Numbered from the whole stretch's first letter, positions 12,801-26,437 are shown. The stretch is DNA of 63,218 bases, filler included, from Octopus bimaculoides (GCF_001194135.2; 5 parts of 5 records of this genome joined end to end with filler, not necessarily neighbours in it); one strand, 5' to 3'. Notes: generated by a model from the letters alone, not told the origin. Numbers and translations: made by a program.

Positions 12801-13631
12801 CTATAGTGAAAAAGAAAGATACATTTTTTTCGTCTTATTTAGCAAACAAATATTGTTGCGGTGCGCAGCTGTATCAGTGTTACTTTTATATCAATTTCTT
12901 TAAAATACGGGCAGCTCCTTCCTGCTCTGCATAACCGGAAAGAAGTCTCTACAGAAAATAAATAATTTTAAGTGAACATACGACCGAAAAAATGTCCTGC
13001 TGCTTCACTCAGACCGGGCAGACACTTTGCAGTCTCATTCGTTGACTCTTGATGACTGCTTGATCTAGGCAGATTCTGTCTCATTAACCATAGCTGAGAT
13101 GAAGAGAGACCAATATTACAATAAGATGCAACAAAGATCATTTTTTCCATGAGGTAAGTGAGATTTGGGTCTATTTTTACCAGATCTCAAACGACTGTTA
13201 CCGGAGCAAATACAAACAATAGTTACGATTCGTTGATATGGTATCTCGCTGTATGCATTGTGATTTGATTGGTTAAAAGAAATACAGACGTTTACATCTA
13301 ATAAGTAATGTGGCTAAAATAGCAAAAAAAACAAAAAAATCTCTGGTATGTTTTTTGTTTGTTGTTGCCGTCACCGGATAGTCTTTTAACCTGCTTTCGG
13401 TTTCAGGTGCCACTTTTACAACTGATGATTCGCTGCACATACGAAAAGGGGTCGCAACTGGCGGTTTCTAATTTTCGATATTCAGATATATGCGTGTGCT
13501 TGTGTTTGCGTAGTAAGGTATAAGAATAGGTATGTGAACACATTTTTCTCTGTCTCTCTCCGTCACTTTCTCTCTCTCCGTCTCTCTCTACCTTCGTCTC
13601 TCCCTTTCTCTCTCTCTCTATCTCTCTCTCC

Positions 13632-13673
<42 letters not shown>

Positions 13674-13873
13674 ACACACACACGCACACATACACCTATA
13701 TATACACACATATACAGGCGTGAGCAAATTTAATAAATTTAAGCTATTTTCATATTTGTTTTATGTCTATGTATCTTCTTGCTCGTGGCCATATTTACGC
13801 TTACTAATGTAACCCGCTGCTGCACCAAAGTGTAATGTATCATAGCGATTCGATAAAAGATATCGATAAAATG

Positions 13874-13913
<40 letters not shown>

Positions 13914-15042
13914 NNNNNNNNNNNNNNNNNNNNNNNNNNNNNNNNNNNNNNNNNNNNNNNNNNNNNNNNNNNNNNNNNNNNNNNNNNNNNNNNNNNNNNN
14001 NNNNNNNNNNNNNNNNNNNNNNNNNNNNNNNNNNNNNNNNNNNNNNNNNNNNNNNNNNNNNNNNNNNNNNNNNNNNNNNNNNNNNNNNNNNNNNNNNNNN
14101 NNNNNNNNNNNNNNNNNNNNNNNNNNNNNNNNNNNNNNNNNNNNNNNNNNNNNNNNNNNNNNNNNNNNNNNNNNNNNNNNNNNNNNNNNNNNNNNNNNNN
14201 NNNNNNNNNNNNNNNNNNNNNNNNNNNNNNNNNNNNNNNNNNNNNNNNNNNNNNNNNNNNNNNNNNNNNNNNNNNNNNNNNNNNNNNNNNNNNNNNNNNN
14301 NNNNNNNNNNNNNNNNNNNNNNNNNNNNNNNNNNNNNNNNNNNNNNNNNNNNNNNNNNNNNNNNNNNNNNNNNNNNNNNNNNNNNNNNNNNNNNNNNNNN
14401 NNNNNNNNNNNNNNNNNNNNNNNNNNNNNNNNNNNNNNNNNNNNNNNNNNNNNNNNNNNNNNNNNNNNNNNNNNNNNNNNNNNNNNNNNNNNNNNNNNNN
14501 NNNNNNNNNNNNNNNNNNNNNNNNNNNNNNNNNNNNNNNNNNNNNNNNNNNNNNNNNNNNNNNNNNNNNNNNNNNNNNNNNNNNNNNNNNNNNNNNNNNN
14601 NNNNNNNNNNNNNNNNNNNNNNNNNNNNNNNNNNNNNNNNNNNNNNNNNNNNNNNNNNNNNNNNNNNNNNNNNNNNNNNNNNNNNNNNNNNNNNNNNNNN
14701 NNNNNNNNNNNNNNNNNNNNNNNNNNNNNNNNNNNNNNNNNNNNNNNNNNNNNNNNNNNNNNNNNNNNNNNNNNNNNNNNNNNNNNNNNNNNNNNNNNNN
14801 NNNNNNNNNNNNNNATGTTTTATTTGCATTTCTGACACTTACTCTCCCATACTATGTTGATTTGAACTAAATTTATGTAGACAACAACGGAAAAAAAAAC
14901 AAAAAATGTATATGTATATGTGTGTGTGTGTCTGTGTATGTGAAATATATAAATGCATATATGTGTATGTTTTAATATACGTACTATATCAAATTGTATG
15001 AATGCGTATACGTATGTATGTACGTGCGGCTAATTCTCTATA

Positions 15043-15085
<43 letters not shown>

Positions 15086-15235
15086 CAATATTAACACTTC
15101 TGTCGAATCGCTATACATACATATATATATATGCTATACATACATACATACATGCATACATATATATATGTATGTACGTATATATACATCAATATTAACA
15201 CTTCTGTCGAATCGCTACATATGCATACAAAGATC

Positions 15236-15320
15236 TAGCGATCATGATTTCAATTCTCACACAGGTCGGTGCATTTTGTTCTTGAGCAAAACAGTTCATC
15301 TCACTCCGTCAACTGAAGCG
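15236..15320 (+). mobile_element. Degenerate SINE head remnant (family E-like)
   Basis: gcgatcatgatttcaattctc..gttcttgagcaaaacagttcatctcac resembles the head of the 47790-48121 copy. Confidence 0.3.
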
Positions 15321-15866
15321 TTCCACACCGTTCAAACAGGTATATATATACACACATGTATATATACATATACATGCGTAAATACATACATATAAATACA
15401 TACAAACGTATATATATATACATATATACAGACAGTCTGTTAAAGTCTGTCATACCGGCCATGATGAAATACCACAAGGTATAGAAAATACGTATTCGCC
15501 TTTATATATTTAATCCTTTATATTGAACACTCAATATTTCATCTATTCAATAAGACATATTCCATATATTCAATAAGACATTCAATACTTTATTTCATTG
15601 TACCATCCATTTTTATTTTATATTATATATTGAATATTATATTATATATTGTATATTCCATATTCCATATCCCACATTGGTTTTGCAGGAATATAAATAA
15701 AACATAAAAAACAGACAGTGTTGGAACTCTTTTAAACAAAATAATATATTCCTCTATACACGATCATATATATGTTTANNNNNNNNNNNNNNNNNNNNNN
15801 NNNNNNNNNNNNNNNNNNNNNNNNNNNNNNNNNNNNNNNNNNNNGTAGTGGTCACCGATATATATA

Positions 15867-15899
<33 letters not shown>

Positions 15900-16756
15900 A
15901 CATGCGTGCGCACACAGATATATACATGGATAAGTGTTGACTTATTCAAAGCATCGTTTTCTAACTGGACTAACTTCGAAGTCACAGACATCAAAGTTAG
16001 AAAATTATTAAAATATTAACCTCTACACACCAACTGAGTCATTTACACGTTCAATATTTGTTGCGTTAGTTTTTATGTATATTTAAAATTTCTTATGTTT
16101 AACACCGGCGCACAAATACAGACACACACACATACACACACATAGAACATAAATGTACATATGCGAATACGTTAAGGGAGAGGGAGAGGGTAGGGAGAGC
16201 GCGAGTGGATGATGTATAATGTGCGTGCAATTCATAGAAACGTGTGAAAATTGGTAGATGTATGAGTTGGTGGGACATAAGAGGATGGGATTATGGTGAT
16301 GGTGGTGGGTGTTTCAGTATCTTGTGATATGTAATTTACTGATTGACAGATTGTGAAATATCAAAAGAACTTTTAGTTGTATAGTTTAGAGATACATACA
16401 CACATACATACATACATACGTAGCGTACATACACACAGAGAGACACACACACATGCATACATACATACATACATACATACATACGTACATACATACATAC
16501 ACACATACACACATACATACACACATACACACACATACACGCATACATACATACATACATACATACATACATACATGCATGCATACATACCTAGAAATCT
16601 ATCTGCGTACATACGTACGTACCTACATACATACACACACATACACATACATACACGTACAAACACACGTATATACACACATACATACACGTACACACAA
16701 AATCTTACAAATTTTAAACATCATTGTTTTTTCATAACACTTATTATCATTATTAC

Positions 16757-16795
<39 letters not shown>

Positions 16796-17505
16796 CATTA
16801 TTATCATTATTATTAATATTATTTTATTCTCTTATTAATATTAGTGTTGGTTTTTGTCTCCGTGGTCGTAACCATTGTTGTTTGTGTTGTTGATGTCGAT
16901 GTTGTTGTTGTTGTTGCTTCAATTTTTCGATTGGTGAACTCGAGGGCGGCGTTGGTTGGTTGGTGCTACGCCATTTTGTTTCCTTCTTTTTTTGGTTTCT
17001 CTTTTCCTCCTGTAAGGTCTGTGTATGTGTGTATGTGCTTGTATATATGTGTGTATGATATGTATGTATGTATGTATGCATGTATGCATGTATGTGTGTG
17101 TGTGTATTTGTGTGTGGTAGGTGGTGGTAGGTAGGGGGTTGTGCGTATGTCTAACGTGCGGAGTTGGATCTGGATGAAATGGGGTGGAAGCCATCGCTCG
17201 TTAGTGTAATATGAATAGGTCATGTGATGTTACAGGCGGAGGGGAGGGGGGAGCTGGCGTATGGCAAGAGGAGTGTGGTGCGATGGCTTTGTGCAAAGGT
17301 GGCGCATGCGTGACACAAGTGTATTTTGGTTGGACAAAAAGTAATGAGACATGGTGAGTCGAAATGTCAGAGTGGAGTATATATATATATATATATATAT
17401 ATACCTACCTATGTATATATGTATGTTTGTATGCCTGTAGTGTATGTGTGTGCACATGCGCATGCATTTATGTATATACTTACGTATGTATATATGTGTA
17501 TATCA

Positions 17506-17590
<85 letters not shown>

Positions 17591-18004
17591 CATACATACA
17601 CACGTATGTTTGTGCCCTGTTTGCATGTTTACGTGTGTATCTGCGTAGAGTGAAGTTGTCTTTTGATGTGAAGGGCTAGTACACGATTTTCAGACTTGAC
17701 GTTGATAATGATTGCAAGCAGTGGTTTGTGATTTGTATTAAAATGTGATTTTGATGATGATTTGTTCGCTTGTAATGTTATTGTCATTATTATTCTTGTT
17801 GTTAGCAGATTATGAAAATCTGTAGAGCGTCACACAACTATATCTTCTTCGTTTAAGCACCGTGTCGTTTTGTTTTCGTTTCAAATCCCACCTGTGTGAT
17901 ATATTTTCTTTAATATGATCGATAAATTCGCACCAGCCAGCACTAAACTAGATTTTAATCATTTATATGCCTTCCTCAAAATTTGTGGTCGCCTTCCAGT
18001 TCAT

Positions 18005-18180
18005 TTATTCTTTTACTTCTTTCAGTCATTTGACTGCGGCTATGCTGGAGCACTGCCTTGAAGGATCTAACTCGAACAAATCGACCCCAGGACTTATTTT
18101 TTAAAGCCTGGTACTTATCTTATCGGTCACTTTCACTGAACCGATAGGTCACACGAACGTAAACACTCCAAACCGGTTGG
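18005..18180 (-). mobile_element. SINE family A, 3' half
   Basis: ttcagtcatttgactgcggctatgctggagcac..cgaacaaatcgaccccaggacttattt..ggtacttat. Confidence 0.8.
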
Positions 18181-18353
18181 ACAATATCTTCCAGAATTAA
18201 AACTTTGCCTTCAGACGGCGTTTGTTTTCAGTGTACCTTGGGATAATAAAATAAAATACTATTCCCATAATCGATTCCAAAATTGTGATTATAACCTTCC
18301 ACAATGTGTATGGCCAAGTGTCAGTTGTAGAATCCATTACACAATGATGATAA

Positions 18354-18570
18354 CGCGGCTGGTTGGCAGAATTGTTAGCACGCTATAGGAACAGTTTGGT
18401 GGCATTTCTGCTACATTTACGTTCAGGGTTCAAATGTCACTATAGTCTTTTTGCCGTTCATCCTTTCGAGGTCATTAAAACAATTACCGGTCATGTACTG
18501 TGGTCGATGTACCGTGTAGACATCATCCTAGAAAATATCAAGCGTTGTGTCCATAACAGAAAGAATCATT
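18354..18570 (+). mobile_element. SINE family C, diverged
   Basis: ttggcagaattgttagcacg..gggttcaaat..ttgccgttcatcctttcgaggtc..tggtcgatgta. Confidence 0.65.
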
Positions 18571-19239
18571 GATGATGATAAAACTTCAAGTGCGTGCTGC
18601 TAGAAAAGGACAATATAACCCGACCATGACCTTACTGCCTACTTTCTGCATTAGAAATCTCTGATATATTATACAATTTTTCTTTTGCAGGAATATATTA
18701 GTAAATAATTTGAGGGAGATTTGATACTATATCTAGCGCGATCAGCAAACACATGGAAGCTTATTTTTGGCTCCTTATTGCTGATGGTTTTTAGCTGGAG
18801 TATATTGGCAAAACACGCATTCTTCACAGATTACGATAGTATATCCTTGCTGTTATGTAGTTTAATAGCCTCTTGTAAGCACTGGCTTAGAGCTGGGTTT
18901 CTACGAAAACGTAAGCGTTACGTTGTTTACCTACACATAGCACATCATCCTTAGTGTACTGAATTTTCTCCCGATGATAAAATTTTAAGAGTGGTTTACA
19001 TGATAGGTTTGCATTATAAATATATTCGACAGAATTGTGTTACATGTTTAAATGATAGGGTACTCTAGGACTGTGTGATTTATAAGAAATTTTGTTGTAA
19101 TTTCTGACACAAGTAGACACTAGGACACTCCGTGTTGTTATTGTTTGTGGTATATTAGAGTTGTTGAAAGTAGTAGTAGCAGCAGCAGCAGTAACAGGGC
19201 ATCAGTAACAACATTAGTAGTAATAGTAGCAGTTGTTGC

Positions 19240-19380
19240 TTCTCTTGTTTAACACTAGGTGAACCCTGACTGAGTTAACTAGTGGTCAAAAATGTTCCGG
19301 CCAAGACACATCACGTTTATATTTAGATATGGTGTATATTTTTTGAGGGAGATTTGGTTACTTTGTCATGCAAGCAATCA
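19240..19380 (-). mobile_element. Dispersed repeat family D
   Basis: ttgtttaacactaggtgaaccctgactgag..ttttgagggagatttggttac is the reverse complement of the 3365 and 36880 motifs. Confidence 0.4.
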
Positions 19381-19551
19381 ACAACACAGAAGATTCTTTC
19401 ATGGGATTGTACAGCAAGTGCAGCTGAAATATGACATAATGACTAAAGCAAGTTTAACAGCAAAAATATTGTCACAAATCAGTGTCATATATAATGAATG
19501 TCATATATAATGTCATATGTAATGTATATAATGGTTGTTATTGTTATTGTA

Positions 19552-19913
19552 GTGGAGGCGCAATGGCCCAGTGGTTAGGATCGCGGTTTCGATTCCCAGA
19601 CCGGGCATTGTGAGTGTTTATTGAGCGAAAACACCTAAAGCTCCACGAGGCTCCGGCAGGGGATGGTGGCGAACCCTGCTGTACTCCTTCACCACAACTT
19701 TCTCTCACTCTTACTTCCTGTTTCTGTTGTGCCTGCAATTCAAAGGGTCAGCCTTGTCACACTGTGTCACACTGAATATTCCCTAACAACTACATTAAGG
19801 GTACATGTATCTGTGGAGTGCTCAGCCATTTGCACGTTAATTTCACGCGCAGGCTGTTCCGTTGATCGGATCAACTGGAACACTCGTCGTCCTAAGCGAC
19901 GGAGTGCCAACAA
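19552..19913 (+). mobile_element. tRNA-headed SINE family B with an internal head deletion
   Basis: A box tggcccagtgg (19564-19574) and B box ggtttcgattcc (19585-19596). The 3' hairpins are gttgatc-g-gatcaac and cgtcg..cgacg, ending in caacaa. Confidence 0.85.
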
Positions 19914-20609
19914 TTTTTATTGTTACTCTTGTTGTTGTCTTCTCCGATCGGGCAGGCCTATGGCGGGCAGGTAGTCGGACGGACAACGAGGTGCTATGCG
20001 TAGACATCTTTTCATGCATACAAGAACTTCGCTGAGCTGACGACCATATATAAACCCCAACATGCAGTGAACAACCATGTGGAGTATTGGAGGACAATCT
20101 GGATTCATTACACTCTCACCATTGCCAAGTTCAATTCTAGGGGGCTACATCAGAAATGAAGTAGAAGAGCTTAGTGGTGAACGTACGAGACATGTTGTTC
20201 TTCTAGACTTATTGTTAGTAGACTGTATTTCTCGCAGGTTTGGGAGTCAATAATACAATTTAGTGTTGCAGCGATTTATGCACGTGATTTTTCATGCTTT
20301 CCAGACAAAGCTGAATGACCGTAAACTACATTAAAAAACAAACAGGGTGCATTACTTCACGAAAAGTCTAGCTTTTCAGACCAGGGTATTTTTCTGCTAT
20401 ATCTACTGTTCGAGTAAATAAGAGTAGGCACCCCAAAGAGCAAGCATTTGTGTTAACTTTGAAGATATTGTTAATGTTAGAGGCTTTGCTTTCAAAGGAT
20501 GCATATTAAAATATAAATTGTAAAAACAAAAGCAGCGCAAAATAGGCAATAGTGCGCGCGCGAATTTATATTTGTCTGCGTGCGCATATGGAAAAGATAC
20601 AGGGGTATC

Positions 20610-20649
<40 letters not shown>

Positions 20650-20671
20650 TGTATATATATTATATATATTA

Positions 20672-20707
<36 letters not shown>

Positions 20708-20734
20708 TGCATGTATTCATGTATCTGAGTGCAG

Positions 20735-20795
<61 letters not shown>

Positions 20796-20979
20796 GCAAA
20801 TACAGGCGTACGTACGAATATATGTATGTATATATATATATATATATATANNNNNNNNNNNNNNNNNNNNNNNNNNNNNNNNNNNNNNNNNNNNNNNNNN
20901 NNNNNNNNNNNNNNNNNNNNNNNNNNNNNNNNNNNNNNNNNNNNNNNNNNNNNNNNNNNNNNNNNNNNNNNNNNATATA

Positions 20980-21010
<31 letters not shown>

Positions 21011-21679
21011 ATGTATATATATGTGTGTGTATGTGTGTGTGTGTGTGAATTTGCACGCGTAATTGCTTGTGTGATCCCTTTCTCTGTCTCCATCTCTATA
21101 TTTGCGTATGCGCGTGTGTGTGTGTGTGTCTGTATGTAAGTATGTCTGTGTGTCTGTATGTGAACCTGCGCGCTTGCGTTCGTACATGTGTCGGTTATGC
21201 CATTAAAATAATAGGAAATCTCTGTTTCGCATTTTACTGATTTCTTCCCTTAATTTTCTATCCAACCTTTTAGCTTCAGAGATTCTTGTGAAGTTTTCTG
21301 TTTGTTATTGTCATCCTCATATCGTTACTGTTATTGTTATTGTCTCTATTATTGTTGTTGTTGCTGTTAATATTCTATATTTGGGTGCACTTCGTTATAT
21401 TAATCGATTGTGCTGTCCACTGTTAAAATTTGATTCTTTTTTTTCTTTGGTTGTTTGCTTATTGTTCTTTTACCAATAGTTCGTATTGCTGTTGTCTTAC
21501 CTCTTTCCGCTGCTGCTTCTACGCCTGCTACTGCTACTTTTAATGTTTCAAGCTGGTCTAACAATTTTTGCTGCTGTTGATGTTGGTGTTGCAGTTGCTG
21601 ATGTTGTTATTTTGCCCTGTAGGTATGTATGTATGTATGTATGTATGTATGTATGTATGTATGTATGTATATGTATCTA

Positions 21680-21895
21680 TGTGTGTGTGTCTTTGTCTCC
21701 CTGCTAAGGCTTGACAACCAGTATTTGTGTGTTTACGTCTCTGTAACTTATTGGTAGGGCAAAAGAGACCCATTAAATAAATACCAGGCTTAAAAAAAAT
21801 AAGTCCTGGGGTCCATTTCTTCAGCGAAAACACTTAAAGGTGGTGCTCCAGCATAGCCACAGTCAAATGACTGAAACAAATAAAAATTAAAAAGG
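21680..21895 (+). mobile_element. SINE family A, 3' half, following (GTAT)n
   Basis: gcttgacaaccag..gtttacgtc..aagtcctggggtc..ggtggtgctccagcatagccacagtcaaatgactgaaacaa. Confidence 0.8.
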
Positions 21896-22239
21896 TATGT
21901 ATAAATATATTTGTTTATAAGTATTATACACACATAGATACATATAGTAATATATACCAAATTCCAAATTGTTTTATAGGAGCATATTTACATTCAAACA
22001 TTTAAAAGAATCTGTAAATGTTTTTGGAAATTTAATATAGACAAACGAGAGAAAACATTGCAACTTTTATCAGCATAAGCTCCCGGTTTCAGTCCTTTTA
22101 TAAGACGATCTAGTCGGGCTGTCAGAGAATGGAAAATGTAAATGAATTTTAACTTTCATAATATCAGTTCTGGAAATTCACATGATTTTCTTCCCAAATT
22201 CACTCAATACTGGTCGTTGGTTTCCTTGTGGTGGCTGTT

Positions 22240-23270
22240 GGTTCGTGGCACTAAAAAAATTAAGCGACAGTTCTTTTAAGTTGCGTAAGTTGCTCTCTTG
22301 CTGATGAGCTTTTGTGAAATCGCTGAATTGGCAAAGGGAGAAGATCGTAAAATTTGACTGGTTCTTAGAAGCACATGTGTCTATATGTTCACTGTATTCT
22401 TTTCCCCTTTATTCCCGTATATTAATCTGTAATCAATGCAGAAATTATGCATTGTCTTGAGGATATCTTGGTTTACCCGATATAGTTCTCTCCACATTCT
22501 AAGCATATAGCTGAAGAGGTGAGATTTTCAGATGCAAAACAGAACTTATTTTTTATTGTGAAAAAATGTTCTTCGTCAACAGGGGTTTCCGGTTCTTCTA
22601 ATAGATTTAAACATATACCACACTTGAATCCTCCTTATGTTTGTTTTCACAGTTGCTCCTGTCTTTCGTGTGAGAAGTTTGATCTGTATTAGTATTTCTT
22701 AATTGATTTGGTTGTCTAGATGGAAATGTATGCTAGGAATTTCAGTTCTTATATATTTCTTTTGTTTCGTTCGTGTTAGTTACTGGATATTGAATTTCTT
22801 GGTGCGTTGTATTCCATTATCGATTAAGGATATACGATAATTCTTGTCAAGATGTATATCCTTTATTTCTTAATGTCATATGTGTTACGAATGTTTTCAT
22901 TGGATACAATTATGCAGACTCTTTCTGACCAGGTTATGAGGGACATTTAGTCTGGCATGTTTCGAAGAGTACGACTTAAAAGATAGATATTGTTTTGAGC
23001 CCGTAGAAATTTATAGTAATTGTCTGTCTCCTTGTCTTTATTACGATGTCTAAAAATGGGAGTCGGTCTTGGCTGTATTCCGTTGTGAATTCTATATTTT
23101 TGTTAATTGCATTCTGACGTGTTTTGAATTCTGATTTCTTTATGCTTTCATTCGATAAATTGAATCAATCATTGAGGTATCTTTTTTTTTGCAGTTTTCT
23201 TGTATATATTTAAAGAGTTTACAGATTTTGTGTAACGTTAAGTACAACGTGAACTCTAAATAACCAGATG
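22240..23270 (-). mobile_element. Decayed Penelope-like retroelement: RT C-terminal half plus GIY-YIG endonuclease
   Basis: Hand translation with stops and frameshifts gives KRYLND (about 23168-23183, decayed RYLDD), NKNIEFTTEYSQDRLPFLDI, NVPHNL, then CGICLNL, FASENL..CLECGENYIG*T and SEHIDTCA. This is the canonical PLE domain order. Confidence 0.85.
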
Positions 23271-23624
23271 TGTAAGAGAGGTGGCTGTGTTACACACCCA
23301 CACACGCACACACACGCAAGCACACACATGCACACACACACACACGCACGCAAAACGCACAGACACACACAGACACGCACACTCTCACACATTGCTCTTC
23401 TTGTTTCCGATTTAGTTTTTGCTCTGTAGTCATACTGATGTATCCGTTTGAAGGTTATAGTCTGTTAGATGGAGTCCATCATTTATTTTATCCTGGAACT
23501 TATTATCTTCATCTCTGTTAACAGACCTACACATTCACGCATGTGCACGAGAATTTCAGTGTGATTCCTGGTAATATGCCAATACTGCCACTGGAAATCC
23601 CGCTATAAAGAATGAAGAAACCAA

Positions 23625-23846
23625 GATAGATTCTTTTCTAATCTAGGCACAAGGCCCGAAATTTTTGAGGAGTGGGTCAGTCGATTATATCGACCCCTGT
23701 ACGCAACTGGTACATAATTTATCGATCCCGAAAGGATGAAAGGCAAAGTCGACCTCAGCGGAATTTGAACCCAGAAGATAAAGACAGACGAAATAACGCT
23801 AAGCATTTCGCCCGGCGTGCTAACGTTTTTGCCAGTTTGCCACTTT
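23625..23846 (-). mobile_element. SINE family C, well preserved
   Basis: Reverse complement: gttagcacgccgggcgaaatgcttagcg..gggttcaaattccgctgaggtcgactttgcctttcatcctttcgggatcgataa..ggccttgtgcc. Confidence 0.85.
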
Positions 23847-24048
23847 AGAAACCAAGATATATTCATAAATCGATAGACAGTTTGGCAGATTTTATATTGA
23901 AGTTATTTCGAAGCAAGTTTATGATTGAAAACAGAATATTTCAGGTAGGAGACAAAATGTTGCCAGCTGAGTGAAATTTATTGTAAAATTAATGTTGTTG
24001 TTTGTTCCTTCTCGACTCATACCTGGCTCATAAGGGCCGGTTTAATGG

Positions 24049-24148
24049 NNNNNNNNNNNNNNNNNNNNNNNNNNNNNNNNNNNNNNNNNNNNTTAATTAA
24101 TTAANNNNNNNNNNNNNNNNNNNNNNNNNNNNNNNNNNNNNNNNNNNN
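24049..24148. other. Artificial scaffold-join spacer 44N-TTAATTAATTAA-44N
   Basis: Exactly 100 bp. The identical construct occurs four times. Confidence 0.95.
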
Positions 24149-24218
24149 CCTATACATACAGGTGGATGTCGGTATGGACATACCTGTACGTATATATGCA
24201 TATACTCATTTACTATTT

Positions 24219-24260
<42 letters not shown>

Positions 24261-25759
24261 GTAGATGTGTTAATTTGTGTATGTGTTGTGCAATATAAAA
24301 AGGTACGAGCGTGCGCCTGCTTATATGCACGTGTATTCATCATAATAACATTATTAAAAGAGAGAGAGAGACGTCTGTCGCGAAGAACAACAACACAAAT
24401 AGAACCACCAACACCGCCACCAATGACAACAACAACAACAACAGTGTGATGCTCAGTGAGACTAGCCCAAGGCCAGTCTTAAATAACCACAGACCAGTGT
24501 CGGGAGTGCTGTTTTAAAGGGACAATGTTGACGATAAACTATCGCAATATCTCTAGCAGATATTGAGACATCGTAAACAATGAACAGGTGTTCAGATCAC
24601 AGCTTTTAATTGTCTGCTCTTCTGTGGACACATACACACACTTAAAGATATATATAATATATATAATATATATAATATATATAATATATATGAGTAAATA
24701 TTCAAACGAATATTCACATTGATATCATTATTGTTATTATTATCAGCGGTAAATATAAATAATTGACAATAACAACAACAAATATATANNNNNNNNNNNN
24801 NNNNNNNNNNNNNNNNNNNNNNNNNNNNNNNNNNNNNNNNNNNNNNNNNNNNNNNNNNNNNNNNNNNNNNNNNNNNNNNNNNNNNNNNNNNNNNNNNNNN
24901 NNNNNNNNNNNNNNNNNNNNNNNNNNNNNNNNNNNNNNNNNNNNNNNNNNNNNNNNNNNNNNNNNNNNNNNNNNNNNNNNNNNNNNNNNNNNNNNNNNNN
25001 NNNNNNNNNNNNNNNNNNNNNNNNNNNNNNNNNNNNNNNNNNNNNNNNNNNNNNNNNNNNNNNNNNNNNNNNNNNNNNNNNNNNNNNNNNNNNNNNNNNN
25101 NNNNNNNNNNNNNNNNNNNNNNNNNNNNNNNNNNNNNNNNNNNNNNNNNNNNNNNNNNNNNNNNNNNNNNNNNNNNNNNNNNNNNNNNNNNNNNNNNNNN
25201 NNNNNNNNNNNNNNNNNNNNNNNNNNNNNNNNNNNNNNNNNNNNNNNNNNNNNNNNNNNNNNNNNNNNNNNNNNNNNNNNNNNNNNNNNNNNNNNNNNNN
25301 NNNNNNNNNNNNNNNNNNNNNNNNNNNNNNNNNNNNNNNNNNNNNGTGTGCGTGTGTGTGTGTGTGTGGAGGGAGGGAGACCGAGCTATTGCTGCTACCA
25401 CTTGTCTCCTCTATACTTCGTTCGTTTCTTCTTCCTCTTCTTCTGTGCGTGTGTACGTATGTATCTTTGAATACGTACATACATACAAACATACACACAT
25501 ATACACAGATGCAGACAGACAGATATACTACAGATATACACGCATATATATTTTGTATTCTATAGACATTTCAGTAAAATCAATTTATATATATATATAC
25601 ACACACACACACACATACGTATGTCATTGTTCAGTTTTATTTCAAGACTTCTTGCCAATAGTGAAAGAGACGGTTTCTAACCTAGATTCAAGGCTCCTTC
25701 AATGGAATTTCAACATGAACAACAGGGTATTTTTGTAAGTATGTATGTATGTATATATG

Positions 25760-26085
25760 TATGTTTTATGTGTGTATTCTCATGCATATAGTTGCATATC
25801 TAGACATGCTCATATATATTTAAATGATAAACTTCTTGAATGTTTTACAGATCTTTACATTTCCAGTGATGGATTGGATCTGTAGTCTTCGAATTAGCTT
25901 TCTCCTTTCTGGTTTTGAAAAGCCTAATTTCACAAGATTGCTATTTAGGCCGTGTGTTACATATCCCAGGGTCCCAATAATTACAGGTATACACCTGAAC
26001 TTGTAATCTGGATAGAATAATTGCAATAGTTCCTCAATAGTTCGGCGTAGGTATTCTCTTTTTCACTGATCTCCAGTTGCATGTA
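25760..26085 (-). mobile_element. 3' end of an RLE-type non-LTR retrotransposon, 5'-truncated, flanked by (TACA)n
   Basis: EKENTYAELL/LQLFYPDYKFRCIPVIIGTLG..IQSITGNVKICKTFKKFII* has the KxxxY and PxxxGxLG terminal motifs of restriction-like endonuclease ORFs. Confidence 0.8.
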
Positions 26086-26404
26086 TGTATGTATTTATGA
26101 ATTCTTGTGCTTTCGTTTAACAATATCTACACTGACGAATATACAACCTTACATAATACATACACCTAAATACACACATATATACTCACAGACACACATA
26201 TATACCACATACCCTATATTCATACACATAGCATAGAGGACATAAATTTAACAGCGTGTACATACGCAAACGTACACTTTTCCCTCACAAGAATCTTATT
26301 ACTTAAACGCATCTTTATAGTCATTCTTAAGTATAAATATATACAAATGTTCGCAAGTGTATATTCAAATAGACGTATATTAATTTTCTAATTACTGACT
26401 CAGC

Positions 26405-26437
<33 letters not shown>

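Noticed and set aside
13421-13465. Hammerhead motif (ctgatga..gaaa..gtc), also ctgatgagc..gaaa at 22303
   Set aside because: No credible stem II or stem III pairing. The second lies antisense within the Penelope ORF.
13060-13470. Plus-strand exon pair (gag|gtaagt at 13153, tttcag| at 13406)
   Set aside because: Good splice motifs, but the upstream segment has stops in all frames and the peptides are unrecognisable. It cannot be supported without RNA data.
24093-24104. TTAA-based piggyBac target or homeodomain-site repeat
   Set aside because: It is embedded in fixed-length N padding four times and is artificial.
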